A stretch of DNA of 64,000 nt from Octopus vulgaris (taxonomy: Eukaryota), in NCBI GenBank assembly GCA_951406725.2, contig OX597822.1, positions 2,356,001 through 2,420,000 on the forward strand, written 5' to 3'. The position numbers were made by a program, and so were the translations under genes. Each line of letters starts with the position of its first letter. The first letter of the stretch is position 1. This document shows positions 13,543 to 25,370 of this stretch, piece by piece. The notes below the pieces were generated by a model. The model did no database searches, was not told the origin of the DNA, and worked only from the letters and a program-made list of their open reading frames with translations.

Positions 13543-13699
13543 TTAGCATTCTGTGTATGTAGCAGCAGTACGATCCCATAACGAGGCACAGTATTCTTCT
13601 CTAAGTTTCATCTGGGCTGTATAGGAAGTTGGTAGATGTTGGGGTTGGAGGTGAATTTTCTGGCCCTGAAAAGAAATATCTGTCTTTAAGACGAACTCT

Positions 13700-14335
13700 T
13701 CCAATGGTTAGAACGTACTTTCGCCAGAATAAATAATGTGAGATAGTGAGGTATATCACTGGAGCTATCACAAGGACTATAAAATTAAGTTTGTGTGAAT
13801 GGTCAATGAGGTATTTCTATGTGTGCAAGGATTCTGTTTTTCTTATTTTATTGAAGATTAGCATGAACCCATTTCAAGACACCTGAAGTCACTATTCATG
13901 GAATCGGTGAAGATCTGGCCTATGGAATTTACCTTAGAGGAGTCGGAGCTTATGGGAGAATATTAACGACAGCTGCTGGCTGTTATAATCTGTGAAAAAG
14001 CTGGCTTTGCGAGTTGTAACGGCAAATAGGTTGTTGATATATAATGGTATATACGATGACATGTTCGAATCCTGGGGAGCGTTACAGTTCATAGAGAGGT
14101 GGACAGAGATAACTGTAAAGTACAAAACGAAGGGTAGTGGTTGACCTGGAAAAGAGAAGGGGTTAAATTGTGATGGGAAATTTGGTGGAGATAACTTTGT
14201 TAATGCTATTCATCGTTATACTTGAGATCTGGAGTGGTGGGATAGGTCGATAGCTGGCTGTGTCAGAGAAATTCTTCTCTAGAGAATAGGAAGTAGACCC
14301 AAAGATATGTATATAGGGAGCTGCAGGGTAACCGA
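13700..14335 (-). pseudogene. Decayed Penelope-like reverse transcriptase fragment (frameshifted)
   Basis: Ordered remnants across frames: [16 protein letters not shown] (cf. GxxxAPxxANIFMxxLE), KYNDE (cf. RYIDD), YINNL...TDYNS (cf. NNxLxT..KPTD), NSIGQIF (cf. SIPxGQF). Confidence 0.45.
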
Positions 14336-14364
14336 ATATATTGTGTTCATAAAGGCATATATAA

Positions 14365-14451
<87 letters not shown>

Positions 14452-14652
14452 CATATATATATATACATACACATATATAGATAGATAAATATATATACAC
14501 ACATATATAGATAGATAGATAGATGATATACATACATATATATATATGTATATATATACATGTATGTATGCATGCATGAATGTATATATATGTTTATGCA
14601 TGTCCATATATATGTTTATATATGTGTACATATATAAATACATATACATACA

Positions 14653-14741
<89 letters not shown>

Positions 14742-15100
14742 AGATATGTGAATATGGGCACATACACACACATATATATATATATATGTGTGTGTTTATG
14801 TGTGTGCGTATATATAAATGTAAATACATCATTTGCGTATATACTGCAATGAGTAATGCTTTTCTCAGACGATCCTATTACTTCAATATAGATTACAGTA
14901 ACCTAGAGGAACCTAGAGATCAGGTTGAAATTAAACACTGCTTTAAATAGGAGTTCTAAATAAGTGGAATACAGATTCACACACGACGCACGCACACACA
15001 CACGCACACACACACACGCACACACATACACACATATGCACATACACACTCCCATACGCACACAAACACACACACATATACACATATGCATGTATGTGAA

Positions 15101-15130
<30 letters not shown>

Positions 15131-15132
<2 letters not shown>

Positions 15133-16115
15133 CGCTTGGCCAAAAATATGGAGCAAGTGTGAAATAATAGAGAATATGATTGAAACACATCTTGGTAATT
15201 AAAAATCGTATTATAAACATTCTTGAGTCTATTCCATCAATAATGAGTATCTGATGTGTCTTGCTTCTTATATAACCGCTTTTGTGCATTTTTACATGCG
15301 TGAGATGAAGTTGGCGCAAGTAGAGGGGTCAATTTTCTGTCAGTCTTCATGAAGTTTCGATTCTAATTCTTTTTTGAAGAACATATGTGCGCTCTCAATC
15401 TTGTACCTACGTATGACCACAAATGTACAATGGGATTGAGGCCTGGCGATTAAGAGGGCCATTTTATCACACTCATCCCTTTCTTCGTAGCATGGAGCAT
15501 TGTTGATGAACTTTAACATGTTGGTGTAGGTGCTGAAATTCGTTGTACCTTCACAAGTGAACAACATTTTTGGTCCTGAAGACGACATGCAGCCCCAAAC
15601 CATCACGTTTTATCCTCCAAATTTGACTGTTGGGACCACACATCCAGGATTGCAAGACTTCCCAATTCTACATCGAACAAAAAAGCTGTAGGAGTTCCTA
15701 AGACTTGAGGAGAAAAAAAAATTACAGGTCATTTTTGGTATCCCATAAAAGTGTAGGATTACAATTATGCCTAATATAGTGGTAGAATTGAATGTGGTGA
15801 ACCTACCTCGAAGTTATTTTCATCAGATCAAATAACTTTTTCCTAATCATCATCAATCGTTATGCACTTCTGCCCGGGACAATCGCATCTTCATGTTTAC
15901 CCCAAACCGCAACGGCTTCTTTCTAGCATTACGTCCCTTGAGCCCAGCTTCTAAAGACCTTCTTCTCACTGTGCGCGAGTAAATATCTCCTTGTTTGTTG
16001 CCACCCAAAACTCAGCAATTTCGTCAGAAGAGGTCCTTTCCTATCGGCCAAAGATGTCCTCTTCAGCAACCTGTCTTCCCTCGTAGTCGTACACTTTTTG
16101 TGGCCATGTCCTTTA
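15131..16115 (-). mobile_element. Decayed Tc1-like DNA transposon (C-terminal transposase part plus one end)
   Basis: TTTREDRLLKRTSLADR, KVIxSDE, PTVKFGG..VMVWGCMSSSG; terminal TA-CGCTTGGCCAAAAATATG is TIR-like. Confidence 0.8.
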
Positions 16116-16119
16116 CATG

Positions 16120-16150
<31 letters not shown>

Positions 16151-16151
16151 C

Positions 16152-16356
16152 ATATTAGGGAGTATAGCTCCAAACTTACAGGGAAAAATTTAATTTAGTA
16201 TTAAATCAAATTTCACAGTATAAATATACAAAATATAAATTAGAGATAAAACCACTATTAGGCAACTCAAACAGTGATAGGCATAAACCAAAACATAAAT
16301 AACAAATAAAAAACTGTTTGAGTTGCATAATAGTGGTTTTATATCTAATTTATATT
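16152..16356. repeat. (TA)n-flanked fold-back element (44-bp arms plus ~80-bp one-sided extension)
   Basis: 16232-16275 is the reverse complement of 16313-16356 with 2 mismatches. Confidence 0.88.
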
Positions 16357-16370
16357 ATATATATATATTT

Positions 16371-16451
<81 letters not shown>

Positions 16452-16473
16452 TATATATTTATTATATAGAAGG

Positions 16474-16524
16474 AGCTTCTACAGGACTAGAACTGTTTCA
16501 TTCAAGAGAAATCTTCAGGAAGCT
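16474..16524 (-). ncRNA. Type I hammerhead ribozyme (mirror copy)
   Basis: Exact reverse complement of 19149-19199. Confidence 0.78.
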
Positions 16525-17583
16525 AGTTAACAAGAATTGTATTGGCATTTATACATTTAGGCAGGTTTAAAGGGGTGTTGGTGGGGGATTTGGGGGTAGG
16601 CATAGCGCAAAATATCATACTTGGGGGAGTGGTCAAGGAGTCAGTGTTAAATTAGATAGAATAATAAAAAAATAAAAAAAAAAATAATAAAATAAAAATA
16701 AATAAAAAATTTAAAAAATCTATATATAAAAAAGGGAATAGAGTTTTAGGTAAATAAGGAGATTCTCACTTATACCTATGCACACATGTATACATACATA
16801 CACACACATACAAACATATATACATATACATACACACATACATACACACACATATATATACATATATATACACTTACACATACATATACATATCTACACA
16901 TACACATATATGTATACATACACACACTCACATGCATACACGTATACACACATGTATATATACACACACGACCACACATACATATACGCACAGAAAAATA
17001 TATATACACATACACACACATACTCACATACACGCATACACACACATATCCACACACACACATGCACACACAGCACACTAGTCCCTATATACACATATAT
17101 ACACATACACACACATATACACACACACACATACATATACATACATGTATATATATATATATACATATATATACATATGTGTACCTATGCATACACACAC
17201 ACACACATATATATACACATACAAATACAGACCCATTCCCTAATTTTAATTTTATTATCTTCGTTTATTACTTTTGTTATCTTTGGCCGCTTGGTCACAA
17301 ACATCTTGGCTATGACAGCCAGTCCATTTATCTGTCTACTGGAAAACAAGCACTCATTCACTCACGCACACTCTTTAGCACGTACACTCACTCATTCGTA
17401 CACTCATACACATACACGCACGCACGCGTTATATTCATACATACATACATCTACATACATTCACGTATATACACATACGTACGCGTACCTACAGATTCAT
17501 GTCTACACTCTTAGAAGGCTAGTCTATATATATACACCAATAAATATAAATACACACACATACATATACACCTACATACAAAT

Positions 17584-17628
<45 letters not shown>

Positions 17629-17842
17629 CATATATATACGCATACATATACATACACACATACACACACATACGCATACACACACATATACATATATATA
17701 CACACATACACATACATACATATACACACATACACATACATACGTATACATACATACATACATCCATACATCCATACATACATACATTTATACACATACA
17801 CACACCCACAACATACATATATATATACGCGCATATATATAT

Positions 17843-17891
<49 letters not shown>

Positions 17892-18278
17892 CATATATAT
17901 TCATACACACACATACATATACATACATACATATACAAATATACGCACACACATACATACATACTCATATACTCATACACGCACATACACATGTACATGC
18001 GTACCCATACACACACACACACACCGCGCGCATCCATATATACACATAAGTACACCCATGCGTAAAAGTATACATATATCTATGCTTACACATACACACA
18101 CACACACGCGCCTCCTTATATTCATACTTACATGCATACTCAAAAAAAGTAAATAGTAAAATATATATACGCGCAGTTATTCATACATGCATACTCAAAA
18201 ATAAATAAATATTAAGTATATGTACGTGCAGTTACCTATTATATAGACGGATACATACATATAAACTTACACACATAG

Positions 18279-18311
<33 letters not shown>

Positions 18312-19148
18312 CATATACATACATATATATACACACACATATACACATACACATATACATACATATATATATATACACACACATACAATATATATATATA
18401 TATATATACATACTTACACACATGTACATATAAATACCTGTATTTGTATGTGTATATATATGTGTGTGTGTGTAGGTATGCATAGGTACACATATGTATA
18501 TATATGTATATATATATATATATACATGTATGTATATGTATGTGTGTGTGTGTATATGTGTGTGTATGTGTATATATGTGTATATAGGGACTAGGTGTGT
18601 GTGTGCATGTGTGTGTGGATATGTGTGTGTATGCGTGTATGTGGTATGTGTGTGTATGTGTATATATATTTTTCTGTGCGTATATGTATGTGTGGTCGTG
18701 TGTGTATATATACATGTGTGTATACGTGTATGCATGTGAGTGTGTGTATGTATACATATATGTGTATGTGTAGATATGTATATGTATGTGTAAGTGTATA
18801 TATATGTATATATATGTGTGTGTATGTATGTGTGTATGTATATGTATATATGTTTGTATGTGTGTGTATGTATGTATATGTGTGCATAGGTATAGTGAGA
18901 ATCTCCTATTTACCTAAAACTCTATTCCCCTTTTTTTATATATAGATTTTTTTATTTTTTTATTTATTTTTTTATTTTATTATTTTATTTTTTATTTTTT
19001 TATTTATTCTTCTATCTAATTTAACACTGACTCCTTGACCACTCCCCAAGTATGATATTTTGCGCTATGCCTACCCCCAAAAAGTCCCCCACCAACACCC
19101 CTTTAAACCTGCCTAAATGTATAAATGCCAATACAATTCTTGTTAACT

Positions 19149-19199
19149 AGCTTCCTGAAGATTTCTCTTGAATGAAACAGTTCTAGTCCTGTAGAAGCT
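19149..19199 (+). ncRNA. Type I hammerhead ribozyme
   Basis: AGCTTC-CTGAAGA-TTTC(TCTT)GAAT-GAAAC-AG(TTCTAGTC)CT-GTA-GAAGCT: 6-bp stem I, canonical CUGANGA and GAAA boxes, GUA triplet. Confidence 0.8.
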
Positions 19200-19624
19200 C
19201 CTTCTATATAATAAATTAATTTTACTCTGCTATGTATTGAGTACCTTATTTACTGTGGTTAACCCCGAATCAACCCGGGACCTACATATATTCTATGTAT
19301 ATATATATATACACATACATATTTATATATATATATATATAATATATATATATTATATATATAAATATATATATGTGTGTTTGTGTGTGTGTACATATAC
19401 ATACATATAATAAAACATAATAAAATAGGGTAATAATAAATTATTATTACCACAAAAAACGAATTCGTCATTAGACTATATAGTATTCATATCGAAATTC
19501 AATAAGAGGCTTCCAAATAGGTAAGCGTTGTGCTAGAACAGTGTCATCCACTATTGTTTGGGGCCTACCAATTGTTTAGTATGTATGTATATACATACAT
19601 ATATATATATACATGCATACTAAA

Positions 19625-19735
19625 CAGTTAGTAGGCCCAAAACAATAGTGGGTGACACTGGCCCAAGTGCCACGCAGTGCGACTGAACCCGAAACCAAGT
19701 GTTTGAATAGCAAGCTTCTTACCACCCAGTCACAT
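19625..19735 (-). mobile_element. SINE family A head fragment
   Basis: GTGCCACGCAGTGCGACTGAACCCG...AGCTTCTTACCAC. Confidence 0.75.
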
Positions 19736-20298
19736 CTATTGTACTGAACAGTCATTTCCACCCGCAAATTTCTGGCCAACTATTTCGTCTGCTTTTCTAA
19801 TATGATATTTTACCTTGATTTGATGTCTAGACGACGATTGACACTAGGAATCATGAATAAATTATAAATTTACGTCTAAGATATAAGAGCAGTAATATTA
19901 AACATTGTACTTTTGTTTACACTGATTTAAAATCGATAAATAACTAATTTGGAACCAAAAATTAAAAATGAAGTAATTGGCCTAATTTTTTCTTGTGCAC
20001 AAAAATACTAATGCAACATTTTGACAGCTAATTAGGTGTTGTGTTTCCATATAGGAGACAGCTGTTTTCATATAATCAGTTATTTCATTTACAGTTTGCG
20101 ATCGTATGTGATGTAATATAACATAACAGTGTCCGTAAGAAGGATTGCACCAAAGCCCAAAGAATTACTCGGAATTTGGAGAAATACAAATAATATTGAA
20201 ATTTTAAGATAACTGATTTTTCACACCCCATACATGACAGAAACAACATACGCGGATACAGAAGCAGTTTTGTATAGGGTGAAATAAGAGAGGACACA

Positions 20299-20337
<39 letters not shown>

Positions 20338-20539
20338 GTAAATAGATAGAAAACGTAGAAAGCCTTGAAACCTGCTGTATTCGTTTCGAGATAGCATCTC
20401 GTATAGACGTATAGAGTTAAGGACACAAAATATACCAGTTGCAGACGAAAAATGTTTAACAGCAGTGGTCATAATAAGGAATTTGTATCCAGCCAGCTAG
20501 CTAATTGCAGCGCCAGTGATGTGTTAATGCTATCTTACT

Positions 20540-20910
20540 AAAGGCGGCGAGCTGGCAGAAACGTTAGAACTGCTTATCGGTATTTCGTCTGCCGTTACGT
20601 TCTGAGTTCAAATTCCGCCGAGGTCGACTTTGCCTTTCATCCTTTCGGGGTCGATAACTTAAGTACAAGTTACGGACTGGGGTCGATGTAATCGACTTAA
20701 TCCGTTTGTCTGTCCTTGTTTGTACCATCTGTGTTTAGCCCCTTGTGGGTAGTAAAGAAATAAGAAACGTTAGCACGCCGGGCGAAGGGCTTAGCGGTAT
20801 TTACATTCTGAGTTCAAATTCCGCCCAGGTCGATTTTGGCTTTCATCCTTTCGGGGTCGATAAATTAAGTTGCGTACTGGGGTCGATCTCATCGGCTGGC
20901 CCCCTTCCCA
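20540..20910 (+). mobile_element. Two tandem SINE family M copies (20540-20765 and 20765-20910)
   Basis: AAGGCGGCGAGCTGGCAGAAACGTTAG head; GAGTTCAAATTCCGCC and CTTTCATCCTTTCGGGGTCGATAA each occur twice. Confidence 0.9.
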
Positions 20911-21263
20911 GTGTGTGTATGCATGAGTGTATACGTGCGTATATGTATGTGCAAGATTGGTTGAACAAACAAGGAAATATAGAAATCCATAGATAAGTTT
21001 ATCGCACAATAAAATAAGAGGGACATGTGCTTGCTAAAGGAATCTATGCGCTTCTAAAATAGTTTTACAGAACTGAGTATAAATATATACATGTTATTAA
21101 CCAGGAAAAAAACCGAGAAACTAGGAAACAGGGTTCATAGTAGTTTTTTACAGATAGGTAGCTATTATGAAGGTCATACACTCTCATCGATACGATAGAT
21201 GAGAACTGAGGTAATCCTTCTTAGTAGTTCTTCGTAAGTACCTAGATATATAGAATTCATACA

Positions 21264-21554
21264 CAGGCGTGGCCGTGTGGTGAGAAGCTTGCACCCAAGC
21301 ACATGGGTCCGGGTTAAGTCCCACTGTGTAGCACCTTTGGCGTGTTGTTTCTGCTATAGGCTCGGACCGACCTAGGCCTTGTGATTGGATTTGGTAGACA
21401 GACAGCGAAAGAAGCCCGTCTTCTCTCTCTCTCTCTCTCTCTCTTTATATATATATATATATATATACATACATATAAGAGGGATGACCACTATGTGGAC
21501 AACCCTCATGCTAGAAGTAGATCCGCTATGGTCTGACCACTAAGAAATTTTTCA

Positions 21555-21610
<56 letters not shown>

Positions 21611-21870
21611 ACATATATATGTATAAATCTATGTGTATGTGTCTTTGTGACTGTACTTGTCCCTCCCCCCATATCATCGTTTGACAACCGATGCTGGTGT
21701 ATTTACGTACCCGTAACTTAGCAGTTCGGCAAAAGTGATCGAACGAATAAGTAGCAGGCTTACAAAGAAGAATTCCTGGGGTCATTTCTTAGACCTAAAA
21801 CCTTTGAGACGATGCTCCATCATGGCCGCCGTCAAATGACGGAAACAAGTAAGAGAATAAAAAGAACGAA
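21264..21870 (+). mobile_element. SINE family A with an ~80-bp insertion in its internal (TA)n
   Basis: Head 21264-21420, tail 21640-21870, foreign segment 21476-21555 between TA runs. Confidence 0.85.
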
Positions 21871-22462
21871 AGAATAGAAGATAATTGAAAGAGGAGAATC
21901 GGGGCAACACTTTACAGCTGTTTCTTGGGATCGGTGATCAGTAAGTGCAGCATCGTACATTGGACGTACTCATAGTAAATTGGTGTCTGTGAATGTATAT
22001 ATAAAATAACATAAATTTAGAAGTGTCATCGGAGGGAAATAATAAATCGTTACATTTCGTATAGGTGAATCTTGCTTATCTGGATTTTGTTCCCCTTCGT
22101 TTGTCGGTGAATTTAACGTATTTCATCCGATCTAAACACTTATCTGTCTCTGTCTTTTATATGCATTTTAACTTAATCTCACACGTTATACACGGGTATA
22201 TGTAAATTTAATATTTAATCGGAAAAATTGATTCAAGAGCTAAAAGATTTGTTCATGGCACTTATCTAAATCTGATAAGTGCCAGACGGGGAAAAATCGA
22301 ACTTTCTCTTGTTGGTCTGCGTGCAGAAGATTTTTGTTCCTTAGTAAAATCAATACGAAGAATACTGTCAACTTTCCCTGAAAGAAAGACTCTCTGAAGC
22401 GTTGGATTTTGGGAATGTCACCTCATGACGAGTTTATTGTATTCTTATTGTCAATGTTTTTA

Positions 22463-23024
22463 TTGGGTTGTCCGGAAAGTTCTTGCCGATTTATAGTAGC
22501 TTACCTTCCGACTTATTTTAGAACATGGTTGAGTCCATAAAATAGAATTTGACTACACCTCCATTTAGAGCACAGTTTAAGCTATCTTTTCGTGGAAGAA
22601 GGTTTATGTTCCTATCACCCGTGTTAATTCTGTAATCCTTTAAAATGGAAGATGAGAAAGTTCATTTTCAGAACTTGATGCTTTGGAAACCAGACAAAAA
22701 TTGCTGCAGCTCGGCTGGGATGTGTTAAACCACCCTCCATATTCACCAGATATTGCTCCTTCGGATTTCCACTTATTCAGGTCTCTGCGGAATAGTCTTA
22801 ATGGTATAAATTTCAATTCCTTGGATGACATAAAAAGATACCTTGAGGAATTATTTGCTATGAAACCACCTCAATTCTGGGAAGATGGTATTTTCAAGTT
22901 AAAGGAAAGATAGAGACGCATTGTGCAACAAAGTGGTTCATATTTGGTTGATTGAAAATATAATGGCAAGTATTTATTGACCTTTTTCTTTCCTTTAAAA
23001 ATCGGAACGAACTTTCCGGACAAC

Positions 23025-23028
<4 letters not shown>
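22463..23028 (+). mobile_element. Internally deleted mariner element with 30-bp TIRs and TA target-site duplications
   Basis: TA-TTGGGTTGTCCGGAAAGTTC... / ...GAACTTTCCGGACAACCCAA-TA; MEDEKVHF start joined to LGWDVLNHPPYSPDIAPSDFHLFRSL. Confidence 0.95.
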
Positions 23029-23078
<50 letters not shown>

Positions 23079-23080
<2 letters not shown>

Positions 23081-23804
23081 TAAATTTATATATGAGGATA
23101 ATATCGATATTTAAGTGTCGAAATTATCAAGTGGCCAGCATGAAAGAAATACCTTACAAAGGTAAGAACATTTTTAACAATTAAAAATGAGGGTGTCTAA
23201 AAGACACCAACATGCCGAAATAGCAGTCGAAACTCTGACTATAAAACCACGTTAAATGTTCATATCGCACCATGAGGTAAAGCGGAGGGACAAAACATAC
23301 AAGCAAAAATTATTGAATAATTCAAGATCCAAGGATTTCTGGTTCTGCTTTAGATAAGCTTTACCGTCATCAATTCAATATATCAAGGGTACATAAATAC
23401 AGATACATATATGCACAGCAAACGATATACTTACATATACGAGCGTCGCACATACATACATATGCACGTATGGACACAGCCAGTTTGAATCGCCCGCCAA
23501 ATCACCGCATAAGTACGATAAGGTTAAAATAAGCACCGCAGTGAATATAATAACGAATTATATAAATTTATATATGAGGATAATATCGATATTTAAGTGT
23601 CGAAATTATCAAGTGGCCAGCATGAAAGAAATACCTTACAAAGGTAAGAACATTTTTAACAATTAAAAATGAGGGTGTCTAAATGACACCAACATGCCGA
23701 AATAGCAGTCGAAACTCTGACTATAAAACCACGTTAAATGTTTATATCGCACCATGAGGTAAAGCGGAGAGACAAAACATACAAGCAAAAATTATTGAAT
23801 AATT

Positions 23805-23807
<3 letters not shown>
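23079..23807. repeat. (TA)n-flanked element with two ~247-bp direct repeats (period 482 bp)
   Basis: 23079-23325 matches 23561-23807 with about 3 substitutions. Confidence 0.92.
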
Positions 23808-23891
<84 letters not shown>

Positions 23892-23892
23892 T

Positions 23893-24100
23893 TACTCATT
23901 TCTTTGTTTCAGTCATTTGACTGCGGCCATACTGGAGCACCGCCTATAGTCAATCAAATCGACCCCAGGACTTATTCTTTGTAAGCCTAGTACTTATTTT
24001 ATGTGTCTGTTTTGCCGAGACACGAGATTACGGGGATCTAAACACACCAGCATCTGTTGGTAAGTGATGGTGGAGGGAACAAACACAGACACACAAAGAA

Positions 24101-24139
<39 letters not shown>

Positions 24140-25068
24140 ATACGTACTCGCTTGCCATTGATATACATTTATAAATCGATTGATTTAACCATAACCGGAT
24201 GCTAACTACCTGATAGAATCTAATATAGATGTTATCCTTAATTTTAAAATATATTAAAAATATATAATTTCACTCAAACCAAAATTATTCACTGCTGAAT
24301 TATTTCGTTATTAACACGGGATCGAAATAAACGAAACCAGATTTTTGAATTTGTGTTCTGTATGTAAGTACGAACAGTATATTTGCGCTGTGGAGCCGTT
24401 CTGTTTCATGTGTATGCATTCCGTTCGTATTTACATGCATTGCAGTTCTATATTTAAGAGATTGTTAGATGGTTTCAAAGACAAGCTTGTTTTTGATGGG
24501 GTTTCTCTGTATGTCTCCATTGAAGTCTAATGTCGGCTCCGTACCGATTAGATAATACAGTTTTGTATTTAAGAGAACAGCCGAAACGTTGTGTTAACAA
24601 CAAACAAGATGAGGACATATATATCCGGCAATTGTAAATAATGTAAATAAGGTTGTATACATTGATTGGGTTACATTACAATGTCGATAGAAAAAAGGAT
24701 TACCTCTTAATCTTGAAATCAATTGATACGTAATTGAACCGTTTCATGAATCTGTCTCATTTATTTGCACGAGTACGACGCCCGTTTGTACGTTATGATG
24801 ATATCTTAAGGTAGATGTTAGATATTGGTGTCTTCTTTTAGCGTGTAGGCGACTTGTGTACGGACTCGCTTACCCTTGATATATATATGTATGTATATAT
24901 ATATATATATATATACGACAGGCTTCTTTCAGTTTCCGTCTACCAAATCCACTCACAAGTCTTTGGTGGGCCCGAGGCTGTAGCAGAAGACACTTGTCCA
25001 AGGTGCCACGCAGTGGGACGGCACCCGGAACCATGTGGCTTGTAAGCAAGTTACTTACCACACAGTCA
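23893..25068 (-). mobile_element. SINE family A 3' half (23893-24125) and 5' half (24913-25068), about 750 bp apart
   Basis: Both halves are in the same orientation and correct order, and both break at the internal microsatellite. Confidence 0.75.
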
Positions 25069-25072
25069 TATA

Positions 25073-25126
<54 letters not shown>

Positions 25127-25127
<1 letters not shown>

Positions 25128-25320
25128 CAGTGATAGATCGCTAGCCACAACACATTCTTTATTTTCTCTCCTTATTTCTTTCTGTGTTCCTTTCTGTGTA
25201 AGAGCGTAGGCTCGAAACTTAAAAGACTTTTTCGCTTCCCGAGTTTTATACTAATACATCTGTTTATTGTCTACACCACCTGTCTTCGTCTTTTGTTTTT
25301 TTTTTGTGAATTCTCTTCTA
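25127..25320 (+). mobile_element. (TA)n-inserted ~190-bp element with a degenerate minimal HHR (Penelope pseudo-LTR-like)
   Basis: Homologous to the reverse complement of 61507-61688; AAGAGCGTAGGCTCGAAAC motif. Confidence 0.75.
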
Positions 25321-25332
25321 TCTCTCTCTCTC

Positions 25333-25370
<38 letters not shown>

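Larger units (their letters stand above)
16457..19285. mobile_element. ORF-less element with ~775-bp inverted arms and a ~70-bp one-sided tail; Penelope-like inverted pseudo-LTR architecture
   Basis: 16457-17230 is the near-identical reverse complement of 18438-19216; unique tail 19217-19285; TA-rich flanks on both sides. Confidence 0.85.

Noticed and set aside
16778-18049. 423-aa His/Thr/Tyr/Ile-rich ORF
   Set aside because: Translation of degenerate CA/TA repeat; open in several frames and on both strands
23079-23807. TRIM or solo-LTR-type retroelement
   Set aside because: No TG...CA termini, primer-binding site, polypurine tract or TSD seen
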